A stretch of 64,000 nt of DNA from Candidatus Iainarchaeum sp. (GTDB taxonomy: Archaea > Iainarchaeota > Iainarchaeia > Iainarchaeales > 1-14-0-10-31-34): the NCBI GenBank assembly GCA_040755695.1, contig JBFMAK010000004.1, positions 34,112-98,111 on the forward strand. The letters are read 5' to 3'. Under the pieces are notes generated by a model that did not search any database, was not told the origin of the DNA, and was given only the letters and a program-made list of their open reading frames with translations. A program made the translations under genes and the position numbers. Below, one piece after another: positions 1 through 9,981 of the stretch (its first letter is position 1; each line of letters begins with the position of its first letter).

Positions 1-270
1 TTTAAGCACAGCAAGAGAGGTTGTTGGAGTGAAAGTGTAAGGAGGAGGCAGGGGATAAGGCAGTTTCGCCAGGTAAAGGCTTGAAATCCTTTTTACTTTA
101 ATTCCCTCAATTAATTCCTCTTTTTTTGTGTTAGGAATCCTTGAAGTAAGAACTTGAATTTCATGGCCTCTCGCAGCAAGCCTTTTCCCTACATGAAACA
201 CAACCTTCTCTGTCCCGCCCATATAAGGATAGAATAAAGGGTCCAGCATGCACACCCTAAAAGAATCCAT
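1..270 (-). CDS. Glycosyltransferase family 4 (GT-B), N-terminal part; runs off the window edge
   Basis: Manual translation from ATG at 270: MDSFRVCMLDPLFYPYMGGTEKVVFHVGKRLAARGHEIQVLTSR, a typical GT4 N-terminus (P..GG.E...LA.RGHEV.V.T). Not in the ORF track. Confidence 0.85.
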   Translation of the reverse strand, partial: MDSFRVCMLDPLFYPYMGGTEKVVFHVGKRLAARGHEIQVLTSRIPNTKKEELIEGIKVKRISSLYLAKLPYPLPPPYTFTPTTSLAVLK

Positions 271-348
271 AACCAATCCATAAAGCGCAAAGAAAATTTA
301 AATTTATTTAATCTCCATCCAAAAAAAGAAAAAAAAAAGAAGAAAGGT

Positions 349-370
349 TTATTAAGAAGGAAAGACCTTA
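349..370 (+). promoter_or_regulatory. TATA-like promoter motif shared with the ORFan at 2949
   Basis: TTATTAAGAAGGAAAGACCTTA here versus TTATTAAGAGGGAAAGACTTA at 2904-2924; both lie about 22-24 nt upstream of an ATG. Confidence 0.5.
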
Positions 371-392
371 ATGATAAATAAAGGTGAAATGA

Positions 393-701
393 ATGCCTTT
401 ACCGAAAAGAGGAACAACAAGAAAAAGGAATCCAAGAATAAGAGATACCTATAAAGGGCATGTTTTATTTTATATCCCAGAAACAGGAGAATTTTTTAGA
501 GGAGTACCAGAACGCAGAGAGATAAAAGAAGTTTATAAACACGGTCTTAAAAGAAACCAATGGATATTCGACACTATGCCTGTAAAAGCATTAGCTACAA
601 AACCCACTTCATCTTTATTCATGCATACTGCCCCAACACTTGAAAATGAAAAGGTTATTAAGTTAAGAAAAAAGAAAATACATATAGGGAAGAAAAGATA
701 A
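393..701 (+). CDS. Small basic hypothetical protein (ORFan)
   Basis: 102-aa K/R-rich ORF preceded by an AAGGTGA RBS-like sequence. Confidence 0.6.
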   Translation: MPLPKRGTTRKRNPRIRDTYKGHVLFYIPETGEFFRGVPERREIKEVYKHGLKRNQWIFDTMPVKALATKPTSSLFMHTAPTLENEKVIKLRKKKIHIGKKR

Positions 702-805
702 TTTCACCCACAATTTGTAATTCTATATAAGCATACATCTTATTAAGGTTGATCAGAACGTAAACTTTTTATTTATATTTGAGTATAATGTATTACGGTG
801 ATTGC

Positions 806-1018
806 ATGGAAACTGTTATCGTATCACAAAAGTTTCAGATAGTCCTGCCCAAGCTTATTAGGAGGAGTTTGGGGATTGAGCCGAAAGAAAAGTTAGTTGT
901 TATAGAGAAAAAAGGGGTAATAGAATTAATTCCAGTAGGGAAAATGAGTGAAGCCAAAGGTTTAGCCAAAGGAGTTACAACAAAAAAGCTGAGGGATGAA
1001 AGTGAACGTTTTAGTTGA
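806..1018 (+). CDS. AbrB/MazE/SpoVT-family antitoxin (VapB-like)
   Basis: METVIVSQKFQIVLPKLIRRSLGIEPKEKL matches the AbrB fold pattern; overlaps the downstream PIN gene; GGTGA RBS before ATG 806. Confidence 0.9.
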   Translation: METVIVSQKFQIVLPKLIRRSLGIEPKEKLVVIEKKGVIELIPVGKMSEAKGLAKGVTTKKLRDESERFS

Positions 1019-1382
1019 TTCTTTTGGATGGATTGAATATTTTGGGGAAGGAAGGTTGTCAGAAAAATACGGCCAGTACATTGAAAAAGCAAACAAATCT
1101 GAATTCTTTACCCCTTCAATTGTTCTCTTTGAAGTGTACAAGCAAATAAAGCGAATGCAGAATGAAACCAAGGCATTGGAAGCAATTGCTTACATAGTGT
1201 CTTATACAACAGTAATCATATTAGATGAAAATATTGCAATAGAAGCTGCAGAAAAAAGCATTGAAACAGGCCTCGGAATGGCTGATTCAATAATTAAAGC
1301 CACAGCAGAAAAAACAAAAGCAAAAATAATTACCTCAGACAAACACTTCAGAGGAATGAAAGAAATAATACTCGTAGAGTAA
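996..1382 (+). CDS. vapC: PIN-domain toxin (VapC)
   Basis: LVDSFGWIEY, LFEVY, MADSII and ITSDKHF carry the acidic PIN catalytic residues. Confidence 0.9.
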   Translation: MKVNVLVDSFGWIEYFGEGRLSEKYGQYIEKANKSEFFTPSIVLFEVYKQIKRMQNETKALEAIAYIVSYTTVIILDENIAIEAAEKSIETGLGMADSIIKATAEKTKAKIITSDKHFRGMKEIILVE

Positions 1383-1765
1383 TTCTACATAAGAATACAT
1401 AACATAATGCTGCTGAAACAATGCTTCCGCAGGGCAATCAATGAAATGGGCGCAAATAAAAGACCTAAAACAATTCCAATTAATATAAAGTGCCGTTAAT
1501 ACACCTGTTTTTTTGTTTTGAGCCTGAAAATTGCTTTTCTTGCTTTTAGCCTCTTTTTTTGAATAACTCCAGTTTAAGGGATGTCGGATTCCTAAAGGAA
1601 ATTGCTTTATACATAAAGATTTCCGGGTTTTCTATGCAATAACAGAGTGTTATTTTTGCTCTGTTTTGTTAACAAAAGCCTTTTAAAGCCCTAAAGCAGA
1701 ATATATTACTGAATTGAATTCTATTAATTCAATTTTTCTATATATTTTTTATGGGGTGGTAAAAT

Positions 1766-2851
1766 TTGAAGTCAGTAATAGAGGAAGCAGTAAATAAAAG
1801 CGTTGCAGTCAAAGCAGAAGACAAAATAGAGGAATTCGGCGCTCCTAAAATCATGGTGATAGGTACAGGGGGAGCAGGCTGCAATGCAGCAAACAGGCTG
1901 GCAAACATGGGCGTTTCAGGAGCCCAATTGGTTGCAGTGAACACAGACAAACAGCACTTATCAATTATTAATGATGAATTAACCAAAATCCTGATAGGGA
2001 AGAGCGTTACAAGGGGTTTAGGAGCAGGAGGATATCCAGACATTGGAGCAAAGGCAGCAGAAGTGTCAAGGCAGGCCCTAGAAGAGGTTTTAAGCGGGGT
2101 AGACATGCTTTTTCTTTCAGCTGGAATGGGGGGAGGAACAGGAACTGGAAGTGCGCCAATTATAGCACAAATAGCAAAAGAGCAGGGCGCAATAGTAATA
2201 GCAATAGTAACCTATCCTTTTGCCTTAGAGAAAGCAAGACTAATAAAAGCAGAAGAAGGAATAGAAGAACTAAGGAAAAGCACAGACACAGTGGTGGTAA
2301 TAGACAACAACAGGCTAGTAGAATTGGTTCCAAACCTTCCAATACAAGACGCATTCAAGGTAGCAGACGAAGTCACAGCACGGACAGTAAGGGGCATAAC
2401 AGAAACAATAACCCAGCCTTCTTTGATCAACTTGGACTTTGCTGATGTTAGGGCAGTAATGGGAAACAAAGGCCTTTCAGTAATTGCAGTAGGGGAAAGC
2501 AAGTCAGTCAACAAAGTAGATGAAGTAGTGGAAGACACTTTAAAGAATGTCCTCTTGGACGTGGACTTTACTGGAGCTTCAGGAGCCTTAATTCACATTA
2601 CAGGAGGACCTGAACTGACCTTGGGCGAAGCAAACGCTGTAGGCGAAATGCTCACAGAAAGCATTGACCCTAAATCTGTAGTCATCTGGGGCGCAAGGGT
2701 TGACCCGACATTTGAAAACAAAATAGAAGTAATAAGCATTTTCACAGGAGTGCACAGCCCTTACATTAAAAGCCCAGAAGAAACCTCTGAGTCAAGAGCC
2801 ATGAGCTCCAGAGCAAAAGGAAAAAGCGAACTAGGCCTAGGATACGCGTAA
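1766..2851 (+). CDS. ftsZ: Cell division protein FtsZ (paralogue outside the secE-spt5 cluster)
   Basis: GTGGAGCNAAN, AVNTD, GMGGGTGTG tubulin signature and INLDFADV; TTG start. Confidence 0.97.
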   Translation: MKSVIEEAVNKSVAVKAEDKIEEFGAPKIMVIGTGGAGCNAANRLANMGVSGAQLVAVNTDKQHLSIINDELTKILIGKSVTRGLGAGGYPDIGAKAAEVSRQALEEVLSGVDMLFLSAGMGGGTGTGSAPIIAQIAKEQGAIVIAIVTYPFALEKARLIKAEEGIEELRKSTDTVVVIDNNRLVELVPNLPIQDAFKVADEVTARTVRGITETITQPSLINLDFADVRAVMGNKGLSVIAVGESKSVNKVDEVVEDTLKNVLLDVDFTGASGALIHITGGPELTLGEANAVGEMLTESIDPKSVVIWGARVDPTFENKIEVISIFTGVHSPYIKSPEETSESRAMSSRAKGKSELGLGYA

Positions 2852-2948
2852 ATCCTCCTTTCCTTTCTTTTTCTTTTTTTTTTGATTTTTTTATGAGCAA
2901 AGCTTATTAAGAGGGAAAGACTTACTATTGAATAGAGATGATAAAAAA

Positions 2949-3278
2949 ATGCCAAAACCAGCAAGAATAAAAGTAGGAAAACCAAGACTACAAGATAATA
3001 GGAGAAAAAAGATTATTTACATTACAGAAGGAAAAGGAAAAGAATTTTTGGCAGAACTGTCCAGTCATAAAATTCCAGCATTTCATGGTTATAAACATGG
3101 GCCTTTTACTGTAGTGAATAGCTTACGCGGAAGAGAAAGAAGAACTCTTAGGGAAGATGCTCCAATAGCAAACCGCAGTGAACTCAGAGGCACAACTTTT
3201 GAAAAAGGATTTAAGGGCACGGCACAACAACTTTATGTTGGAACAAAAGAATCCAGGAAAAAAAGCCCTAAAAAATAA
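2949..3278 (+). CDS. Small basic hypothetical protein (ORFan)
   Basis: MPKPARIKVGKPR..., K/R-rich, with the same upstream motif as the 393 ORF. Confidence 0.6.
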   Translation: MPKPARIKVGKPRLQDNRRKKIIYITEGKGKEFLAELSSHKIPAFHGYKHGPFTVVNSLRGRERRTLREDAPIANRSELRGTTFEKGFKGTAQQLYVGTKESRKKSPKK

Positions 3279-3322
3279 TTTTTTGCATAGGTTTAAATAG
3301 GATTGAATTGAATTAATTTAGG

Positions 3323-4459
3323 ATGAAGAAAATTCTCTTGCTTGCCGGGTTTTTGGCTTTAGTGATTGCAGCTGGCTGCATAAAGCAGCCCTTGAGCAGT
3401 GCAGAACTCACAAAAATCTATTTCTATAAAAGCGACGGCACCATGACAATAAAACACATATATTACGGCGAATTAAGTGCTGACAGCACTGAATGGGAGC
3501 AGAACTGCACCGAGGCCCTGCAAGGCCAGATTGATTCAATAATAGAAGACGCAAAATCAAAGAGGACTACAGCAAAAAGCGAAGAAGAATTCAAGAAACT
3601 CAACAATTCAATTGCAGCACTCGAACTAATAAAGGGAAGGATTGAATGCAGCCTGCAGAGAGACAATGCCTTGAACTTGGAAGAGAAAGCAAAAATAACA
3701 GCAACAATTGAAATGGACAAAGACTTCATAAAAAAAATAAGAGACCTGAATGCAGGGGAAACAGACTACGGCATAACAAGAGAGGAAGGGGGAGGCTTCA
3801 CTGCAAGAATTCCATTAAAAGAAAACATAAGCGCAATAGACCTTTTCGCAGAAAACATCACCAAAAAAACAATTAAAATAAAAGTTGAAGGGGATGTCTC
3901 ATCAATAAAGCCCGAAGGTTATACAATAGAAGATAATTATTATGTCTTCAGGAACCCGGAAAAATTCAAGGAAGAATTCATTGAATTAAATTACAAGCTT
4001 AACGCATACTATTTCCTTGTGGGCTACTTCCTTCCTGCAGCAGTGCTCATAGGATTAATGGTAATACTTATAATAGTCGCATTATCGTTCTCAGGCAAAA
4101 AAAAGGTGGGCACAACAAAAACAAAAGAGGAAATAGCAAAGCCTGTGAAAATTGAAGACGAGAGAAGGCAGATGATAGCAGAAAAAATAGAGCAAGAAAA
4201 AAAATTAAGGGAAAAAATATCAGGCGAAACAGAAAAAGAAAAGAAACCTCAAAAGCCATTGAGCCCAGAAGACCAAATGGAACAACTCAAAATAAAACTT
4301 ACAGAAGTGCTAAGAAAAGAGATAGGCTCAAGCGACATAAAAATAATGTCCTTCACCAAAGTAAGGGACAATTACCTCGCAAAAGTGGAGATAGTGAACG
4401 AATTATACTTCATGGACTTGGACTCAAAGTTCAGGATAATAGACTTCAAGAAAATGTGA
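3323..4459 (+). CDS. Membrane-anchored hypothetical protein (lipoprotein-like signal, internal TM helix, charged cytoplasmic tail)
   Basis: MKKILLLAGFLALVIAAGC lipobox-like N-terminus; TM segment YFLVGYFLPAAVLIGLMVILIIVAL. Confidence 0.75.
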   Translation: MKKILLLAGFLALVIAAGCIKQPLSSAELTKIYFYKSDGTMTIKHIYYGELSADSTEWEQNCTEALQGQIDSIIEDAKSKRTTAKSEEEFKKLNNSIAALELIKGRIECSLQRDNALNLEEKAKITATIEMDKDFIKKIRDLNAGETDYGITREEGGGFTARIPLKENISAIDLFAENITKKTIKIKVEGDVSSIKPEGYTIEDNYYVFRNPEKFKEEFIELNYKLNAYYFLVGYFLPAAVLIGLMVILIIVALSFSGKKKVGTTKTKEEIAKPVKIEDERRQMIAEKIEQEKKLREKISGETEKEKKPQKPLSPEDQMEQLKIKLTEVLRKEIGSSDIKIMSFTKVRDNYLAKVEIVNELYFMDLDSKFRIIDFKKM

Positions 4460-4590
4460 TTAATGCATATATTTAAATTATCTGCCTCAGCCAATTAATA
4501 CATAGAATATGCAATCAACTCTGCTTCTCGCATGAATGTTGCTTTGTGTACTCTATTACACAAGAATTATAAAGAAAGGTGAAAAATTAA

Positions 4591-4740
4591 ATGGCTTTCA
4601 GAAGTTTTTCTGGCGGCGAAAGGAAAATGTACAAGGCTGTCTGCTCTGACTGCGGACAAGACTGCGAGGTTCCATTCCAGCCAACAGAAGGAAAACCTGT
4701 CTACTGCAGGGAATGCTACCAAAAGCACAGAAGATACTAA
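4591..4740 (+). CDS. CxxC-x17-CxxC small zinc-finger protein
   Basis: Manual translation MAFRSFSGGERKMYKAVCSDCGQDCEVPFQPTEGKPVYCRECYQKHRRY (49 aa); AGGTGA RBS; below the ORF-track cutoff. Confidence 0.92.
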   Translation: MAFRSFSGGERKMYKAVCSDCGQDCEVPFQPTEGKPVYCRECYQKHRRY

Positions 4741-4820
4741 TTAGTTGGAATTAAACAAGACAAACAAACCAATTTTATTCTTTTTCTATTTTATTTTTAT
4801 TAAGTCACTCACCAGAACAG

Positions 4821-4904
4821 GCGGGGGTCGGATAGCGGTCTATTCCACCAGCTTGAGGGGCTGGCGCCTCAGTGGCTTCGAGAGTTCGAATCTCTCCCCC
4901 CGCA
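4821..4904 (+). tRNA. tRNA-Leu(GAG)
   Basis: Acceptor GCGGGGG/CCCCCGC, anticodon arm CCAGC-TTGAGGG-GCTGG, long variable arm, T arm GAGAG-TTCGAAT-CTCTC. Confidence 0.95.
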
Positions 4905-4933
4905 AATCAGAACCTTGCGGTTCCGATACCTCC
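4905..4933 (+). repeat. Dispersed hairpin repeat family A, copy 1
   Basis: AATCAGAACCTTGCGGTTCCGATACCTCC abuts the tRNA-Leu discriminator base; further copies at 10224, 10286, 12321 and 27885. Confidence 0.92.
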
Positions 4934-5007
4934 AAACCGCCGCTGCCGGTTTACGTCAGACCTTATAACACAAATTTTTTATTAATTTTGCTGTTTTTTC
5001 TTTGTTT

Positions 5008-6216
5008 ATGAGAAAATCTTTGAATCAGTACAGGAATATTGTTGGGGATGAAAGCATTGACAAGCTTTACGAGGCTGCAGCCCCCTTAAGCGAAAAACAT
5101 TTCGTTCACATTAATTCAACTCATTACGGTGGAGGCGTTGTTGAAATACTAAACAGCCTAATCCCTTTAATGAATGATGCGGGCATTAGCACTGGATGGA
5201 GGGTCCTCAAGGGAACATCAGAATTTTTTACTGTAACCAAAAAATTTCATAATGCCTTGCAAGGAGAAAAAATTAATTTTTCTGAAATGAAAAAAAAGAT
5301 TTACATTGACTTTAATGAACAGAATTCTTTTATTACCCACATAAGCCATCATGATTGCATAATAATTCATGACATTCAGCCACTGCCTTTTATAACCTTC
5401 TATAAAAAAACACAGCCTTGGATTTGGCGCTGCCATGTCGATTTATCAAGGCCTAACAAAGAAGTCTGGAATTACCTGAAAAAATTTATTTTAAGGTATG
5501 ATGCAGTCATTGTTTCAGCAAAAAAGTTTAAGAAAAGTATGCCTATACCAACGCGCATAATTGTCCCATCAATAGATCCTTTAAGCGCAAAAAATGAAGA
5601 AATACCGCAAAATAAAATCGAAAAATTTCTGGCAAAAAAAGGCGTTGAATGCAATAAGCCTATTATCTCACAGATCTCCCGCTTTGATAAATGGAAGGAC
5701 CCATTAGGGGTAATTAAAGTGTTTAAGCTCATTAAAAAGAAAGTGGACTGCAAACTGGTTTTAATGGGGAGCATGGCAGGAGATGACCCTGAAGGACCTA
5801 TTATATATGGAAAAATACTTAAAGAGGTTGAAGGCGAAAAAGACATTATTTTATTAACAGAAGACAATGCCTTTCTGGTTAATGCATTGCAAAGGGCGTC
5901 TTCTGTTGTTTTACAAAAATCTATCAAGGAAGGCTTTGGCCTTTCAGTCAGTGAAGCCTTATGGAAAGAAAAGCCAGTAATAGGAAGCAATGTGGGGGGC
6001 ATTCCATTGCAGATAATCAACGGAAAAACAGGCTATCTGGTTGACGGCATAAAAGATTGCGCAGACAAAACAATTAAACTGTTAAAAAATGAGAAAATGG
6101 CCAAAAAAATGGGTGCCCAAGGAAAAGAATTCGTGAAAAACAATTTTCTGATTACAAGACACTTAAAAGATTATTTTGAATTATTTAAAGAAAAAAGATT
6201 TGGGCTAATAAAATAG
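5008..6216 (+). CDS. treT: Trehalose synthase TreT (GT4)
   Basis: HINSTHYGGGVVEIL, VTKKFHNALQG, WRCHVD, QISRFDKWKDPLG and EGFGLSVSEALWK motifs. Confidence 0.88.
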   Translation: MRKSLNQYRNIVGDESIDKLYEAAAPLSEKHFVHINSTHYGGGVVEILNSLIPLMNDAGISTGWRVLKGTSEFFTVTKKFHNALQGEKINFSEMKKKIYIDFNEQNSFITHISHHDCIIIHDIQPLPFITFYKKTQPWIWRCHVDLSRPNKEVWNYLKKFILRYDAVIVSAKKFKKSMPIPTRIIVPSIDPLSAKNEEIPQNKIEKFLAKKGVECNKPIISQISRFDKWKDPLGVIKVFKLIKKKVDCKLVLMGSMAGDDPEGPIIYGKILKEVEGEKDIILLTEDNAFLVNALQRASSVVLQKSIKEGFGLSVSEALWKEKPVIGSNVGGIPLQIINGKTGYLVDGIKDCADKTIKLLKNEKMAKKMGAQGKEFVKNNFLITRHLKDYFELFKEKRFGLIK

Positions 6217-6286
6217 AAATTTGCGGGTTGCATTTCAAGCAAATGAACAATAAATTTTTATAGTTTTCTAGATACTTCTCTACCGT

Positions 6287-7324
6287 ATGCCAGCAATAGA
6301 AACATTAATCCAGAATGATTACCTTAGATTCCTGCTTATTTTGGTAGCTTCATTCATAATTGCCAGAACAGCGCATTTTATCCTCAAGAATTATTTGAAG
6401 AAACTGACTGAAAAAACAAAAAGCGACATTGATGACATTTTAGTTGACTTGATTACAAGGCCATTATATGTTCTGGTTATGCTTGGAGGCTTTTATCTTG
6501 CCTTGAAATCCTTGGCTGTATTAAATCCTTACTATTTATGGTTGGACGGAATATTCTTTCTTTTATTTGTGTTCATAATTGCAAGGCTTGTTTCAAGGGC
6601 TCTTGCTATATTTGTAAGCAAGGGTCTTAAAGTACAAAAAAAATTTGAGAAAACACCTCAGTTGATAAACAAAATAGTTTCTGCGGTAATCTACTTATTT
6701 GCCATACTGATTGCATTGGATTATTTTGGAATCGAAATAACGCCGGTTATTGCTGCTTTGGGCATTGGAGGACTAGCTGTGGGCCTTGCACTTCAAAGCA
6801 CTCTCTCAAACTTTTTTGCAGGCCTAAGCATAATTTCAGCCAAGCCAATCAATATAGGGGACCACATTGAAATTCCGGATGCAAATATTTCCGGTTACGT
6901 GGAAGACATAAGCTGGAGGGCAACAAGAATCAAAACCCTTCCCAACACTATTGTAATAGTGCCTAACTCAAAGCTAGCTGAAAGCATTATAGTGAATAAT
7001 TCTCTTCCACAAAAAGAGATGGCTGCATTAGTTCAGTGCGGTGTTGCCTACAATTCTGACCTCAAAAAAGTCGAAAAGGTCACAGTGGATGTAGCAAGGA
7101 AAATCCAGAAGACAGTGCCTGGAGCAGTAAAAGAATTTGAGCCTTTCATAAGATACCATACCTTCGCGGACTCAAACATTAATTTTACTGTTATCCTTAG
7201 AGTGGAAACCTTTGTGGATAAGTACCTTGTAATGCACGAATTCATTAAAGCGCTTAAAGAGAGATACGACAAGGAAGGCATTGAAATCTCCTGGCCTGTA
7301 AGAAAAATATATTACGGGAAATGA
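6287..7324 (+). CDS. mscS: Small-conductance mechanosensitive channel
   Basis: GIGGLAVGLALQSTLSNFFAG, GYVEDISWRATRI and IVPNSKL MscS motifs. Confidence 0.93.
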   Translation: MPAIETLIQNDYLRFLLILVASFIIARTAHFILKNYLKKLTEKTKSDIDDILVDLITRPLYVLVMLGGFYLALKSLAVLNPYYLWLDGIFFLLFVFIIARLVSRALAIFVSKGLKVQKKFEKTPQLINKIVSAVIYLFAILIALDYFGIEITPVIAALGIGGLAVGLALQSTLSNFFAGLSIISAKPINIGDHIEIPDANISGYVEDISWRATRIKTLPNTIVIVPNSKLAESIIVNNSLPQKEMAALVQCGVAYNSDLKKVEKVTVDVARKIQKTVPGAVKEFEPFIRYHTFADSNINFTVILRVETFVDKYLVMHEFIKALKERYDKEGIEISWPVRKIYYGK

Positions 7325-7325
7325 A

Positions 7326-8309
7326 TCATCTGCCTAACGCCAAGAAAAGGAAAAGAAAATAAGACAACAATAGCACAAAGCCTTTTGCCCTTGAAATCCT
7401 AAAACCAAAGAAGGTAAATATCACTAACAAAAGGGAAACAAAAAACATGAATGGAATTAAGAGCAGTTCAAATTTTAATGGCACGAGCAATGGCGAAACA
7501 ATTCCTGCTGCCCCCACTACCATGAGAATGTTCACTGTATTGCTTCCAATAATGTTTCCAACCATGATATTGTTTAATCCTTTTTTTATTGCAGTAATTG
7601 AAACAAAGAGTTCAGGCACTGTAGTGCCCAAGGACATGAGGGTTGCGGCAATAAGGCTTTCATGAAAGCCAAAAGAAAAAGCAATCCCCTTGATTCCATC
7701 AATTAAAATTAATGCCCCTAAATACAATCCTATCAGTCCTATGCCAAAAACACCTAACTCAAGCAAAAGGGCCTTCTTGAAGCTTTTCGCTATTGACCTA
7801 ATTAAGGTTTCAGGTTTGAAGAGGTTAAGGTAAGTGTGAAAGCTGAAGAAGTCCGCAACCCTTATCTGAATTTTAAGCAGGAAAAACATGTACGCAATAA
7901 AACCAGCAAACAAAAGCAGGGACTCATAAAATGAAATCACCCCGTCAAAAGCAAAACCCATAAAAATAAAAGAAGCCAGGAACATGATCATTAATTCCCT
8001 GCTGAAAACCTCTCTTGGAATTAAAATTGCCCCTGCAATAACAGAGCTCAAGCCAAGAATAAGGCTTATGTTTGCAATGTTCGCCCCAACAATGTTTCCT
8101 ACAGCAATGCCCCCTGAACCAGCAAAAGAAGAAATAAGAGAAGAGGAAAGCTCTGGCAGAGAGGTTCCAATTGCAATAATTGTAAGGCCTATCACCAATT
8201 CGCTTATTCCGTAGATTCTTGCAATCCTTGAAGCGCTTCCTACAATTAAATCAGAGCTCTTCATCAATAAAAAGAAAGCCGCAAAAACAAACAAAAAATA
8301 CAAAATCAT
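7326..8309 (-). CDS. Calcium/sodium antiporter (CaCA, YrbG-like)
   Basis: Two alpha repeats: IGTSLPE...GNIVGANIAN and LGTTVPE...GNIIGSNTVN. Confidence 0.92.
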   Translation of the reverse strand: MILYFLFVFAAFFLLMKSSDLIVGSASRIARIYGISELVIGLTIIAIGTSLPELSSSLISSFAGSGGIAVGNIVGANIANISLILGLSSVIAGAILIPREVFSRELMIMFLASFIFMGFAFDGVISFYESLLLFAGFIAYMFFLLKIQIRVADFFSFHTYLNLFKPETLIRSIAKSFKKALLLELGVFGIGLIGLYLGALILIDGIKGIAFSFGFHESLIAATLMSLGTTVPELFVSITAIKKGLNNIMVGNIIGSNTVNILMVVGAAGIVSPLLVPLKFELLLIPFMFFVSLLLVIFTFFGFRISRAKGFVLLLSYFLFLFLALGR

Positions 8310-8379
8310 GGTGCTCCACAAAATAAAAAGCGAAAAATTATTTAATGACTTCAGGCATTAAACTAAAAGTGGTTCAAAA

Positions 8380-9591
8380 ATGATTGATGTAGGCTTCATT
8401 ATCGGGCTCATAGGCCTAATAATATTCTTTGGATTCTTTGCTTCGGTGTTCTTCCAGAGGACGAAAATCCCTGACGTCCTTCTGCTCATATTTATTGGAA
8501 TGCTTATAGGGCCTATTTTAGGCTATATTAGCTCTGCTTCGCTGATGGCTTTCGCGCCGTTGATTGGGACAATAGCATTAATCATAATAGTGTTTGAAGG
8601 CGGAGCAAAACTGGATTTGGAGACAGTGATAAAGCAGCTGCCCCAAGCAAGCATATTCACTGTAATAGTGTGCATTCTTACAGCAATCATTTCAATGGTC
8701 TTCACCATATTTTTGGGGATGCCCTTAATCTACGGCCTTCTCTTGGGGTTCATTATTGCGGGAACCAGCTATGAAATAATCGCTTCACTTGTTTCAAAGC
8801 TTTCTGTTTCAGAGGAAATAAAAACTTTATTGAGCTTGGAGTCAGCGTTCAACACAGCAATAACCATTGTTGCGGCTATTGCTTTAGTGCAATTGATTTC
8901 GCTTAAAACATTTGATGTAATAAACCCTTTCCAGAAGATTGCAAGCGCTTTCTCTATCGCAATAGTTTTAGGCATTATTGCAGCATTCCTTTGGGCAAAA
9001 ATAATGAAAATTCTTAAAGGGCAGCCATACCATTACCTTCTCAGCCTCTCAAGCTCTTTTGTTTTATATGTTGTTACAGAAATACTTGGAGGCAACGGGA
9101 TTACCTCCATCCTCATATTCGGGCTAGTGCTTGCCAACTACAACACAATAACAAGGGCATTGAACCTGCGAAGCTACTTCAAGATAGACTATTCTGTCAA
9201 AACCCTCCAGACAGAAGTGAGCTTTTTTGTGAGGACAATGTTTTTCGTTTACTTGGGCGCAGTATTCAATTTCAGTGAATTCACCCAGCAAATCATCATA
9301 ACTTCCCTTGTAGTTTTTCTGGCAATAATCATTGCAAGATATGCTTCAATTAAAATCTTATTGAAATTAAACAATTCACTGAAAGAATCTGATACAGTTA
9401 TTATGTCCATGCTGCCGAGAGGCCTTGGCACAGCAGTTTTAGCCTCACTTCCATTATCCTTTGGCCTGAAACTGGACTTCACAAACATTGTGCTAATGAT
9501 TGTAATCCTCTCAAATGTTTTCGCCACAATAACAGTATTCTATTTCGAGAGAGCATACAAAAAGAACTTGATTGCAACAACCCAACTATAA
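8380..9591 (+). CDS. Cation:proton antiporter (CPA1, NhaP-like)
   Basis: IPDVLLLIFIGMLIGP, IIVFEGG, ESAFN and PRGLGTAVLA; about 12 TM helices. Confidence 0.9.
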   Translation: MIDVGFIIGLIGLIIFFGFFASVFFQRTKIPDVLLLIFIGMLIGPILGYISSASLMAFAPLIGTIALIIIVFEGGAKLDLETVIKQLPQASIFTVIVCILTAIISMVFTIFLGMPLIYGLLLGFIIAGTSYEIIASLVSKLSVSEEIKTLLSLESAFNTAITIVAAIALVQLISLKTFDVINPFQKIASAFSIAIVLGIIAAFLWAKIMKILKGQPYHYLLSLSSSFVLYVVTEILGGNGITSILIFGLVLANYNTITRALNLRSYFKIDYSVKTLQTEVSFFVRTMFFVYLGAVFNFSEFTQQIIITSLVVFLAIIIARYASIKILLKLNNSLKESDTVIMSMLPRGLGTAVLASLPLSFGLKLDFTNIVLMIVILSNVFATITVFYFERAYKKNLIATTQL

Positions 9592-9604
9592 ATTTTTAAT
9601 TAAT

Positions 9605-9934
9605 TTAGAGCTTAAATTTATGCATTCTTCTTACCCTTTCAAGCTTTCCTGTTTTCAGATTGTAATGTAAAGGCCTCTTCCAGAAACGCCTCCATTCCTT
9701 TCCCCTCAAACCTTTTTCTGTTGCTATAACTTGAAGAATGAATTGTCTTGTTTTAGGTCCTCTTATTCTTAGAATATTAAAAGCATCATATAATGTTCCC
9801 TTGAATTCTGGTTTAAGCTTTTTAACAGCATTTAAAATATTTTCTTCTGTTTCGGAATACCTGCGCTTTCTCAAAACCTTTCTCTGTCCAATAAGCCTTA
9901 TTTCCTTGTAATATATTTCTCCGCTTTTACGCAT
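9605..9934 (-). CDS. Small basic hypothetical protein (ORFan)
   Basis: 109-aa, strongly K/R-rich ORF filling the intergenic gap. Confidence 0.55.
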   Translation of the reverse strand: MRKSGEIYYKEIRLIGQRKVLRKRRYSETEENILNAVKKLKPEFKGTLYDAFNILRIRGPKTRQFILQVIATEKGLRGKEWRRFWKRPLHYNLKTGKLERVRRMHKFKL

Positions 9935-9981
9935 TCCAAAACACTAAAAAACAATTAGTGCATAACTTAATTATAATTCTA

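Noticed and set aside
1383-1580. Hydrophobic minus-strand reading frame interrupted by stops
   Set aside because: No start or RBS and no recognisable motif; cannot be supported as a gene or pseudogene.
4925-4933. GATACCTCC in repeat A resembles the anti-Shine-Dalgarno end of 16S rRNA
   Set aside because: The match is short and imperfect, and no copy is positioned as an RBS on the opposite strand; no evidence of function.
4745-5011. ORF-track entries overlapping RNA genes or repeats (4745-5011, 9927-10459, 62276-62773)
   Set aside because: They run through tRNA, RNase P or repeat sequences and are spurious.
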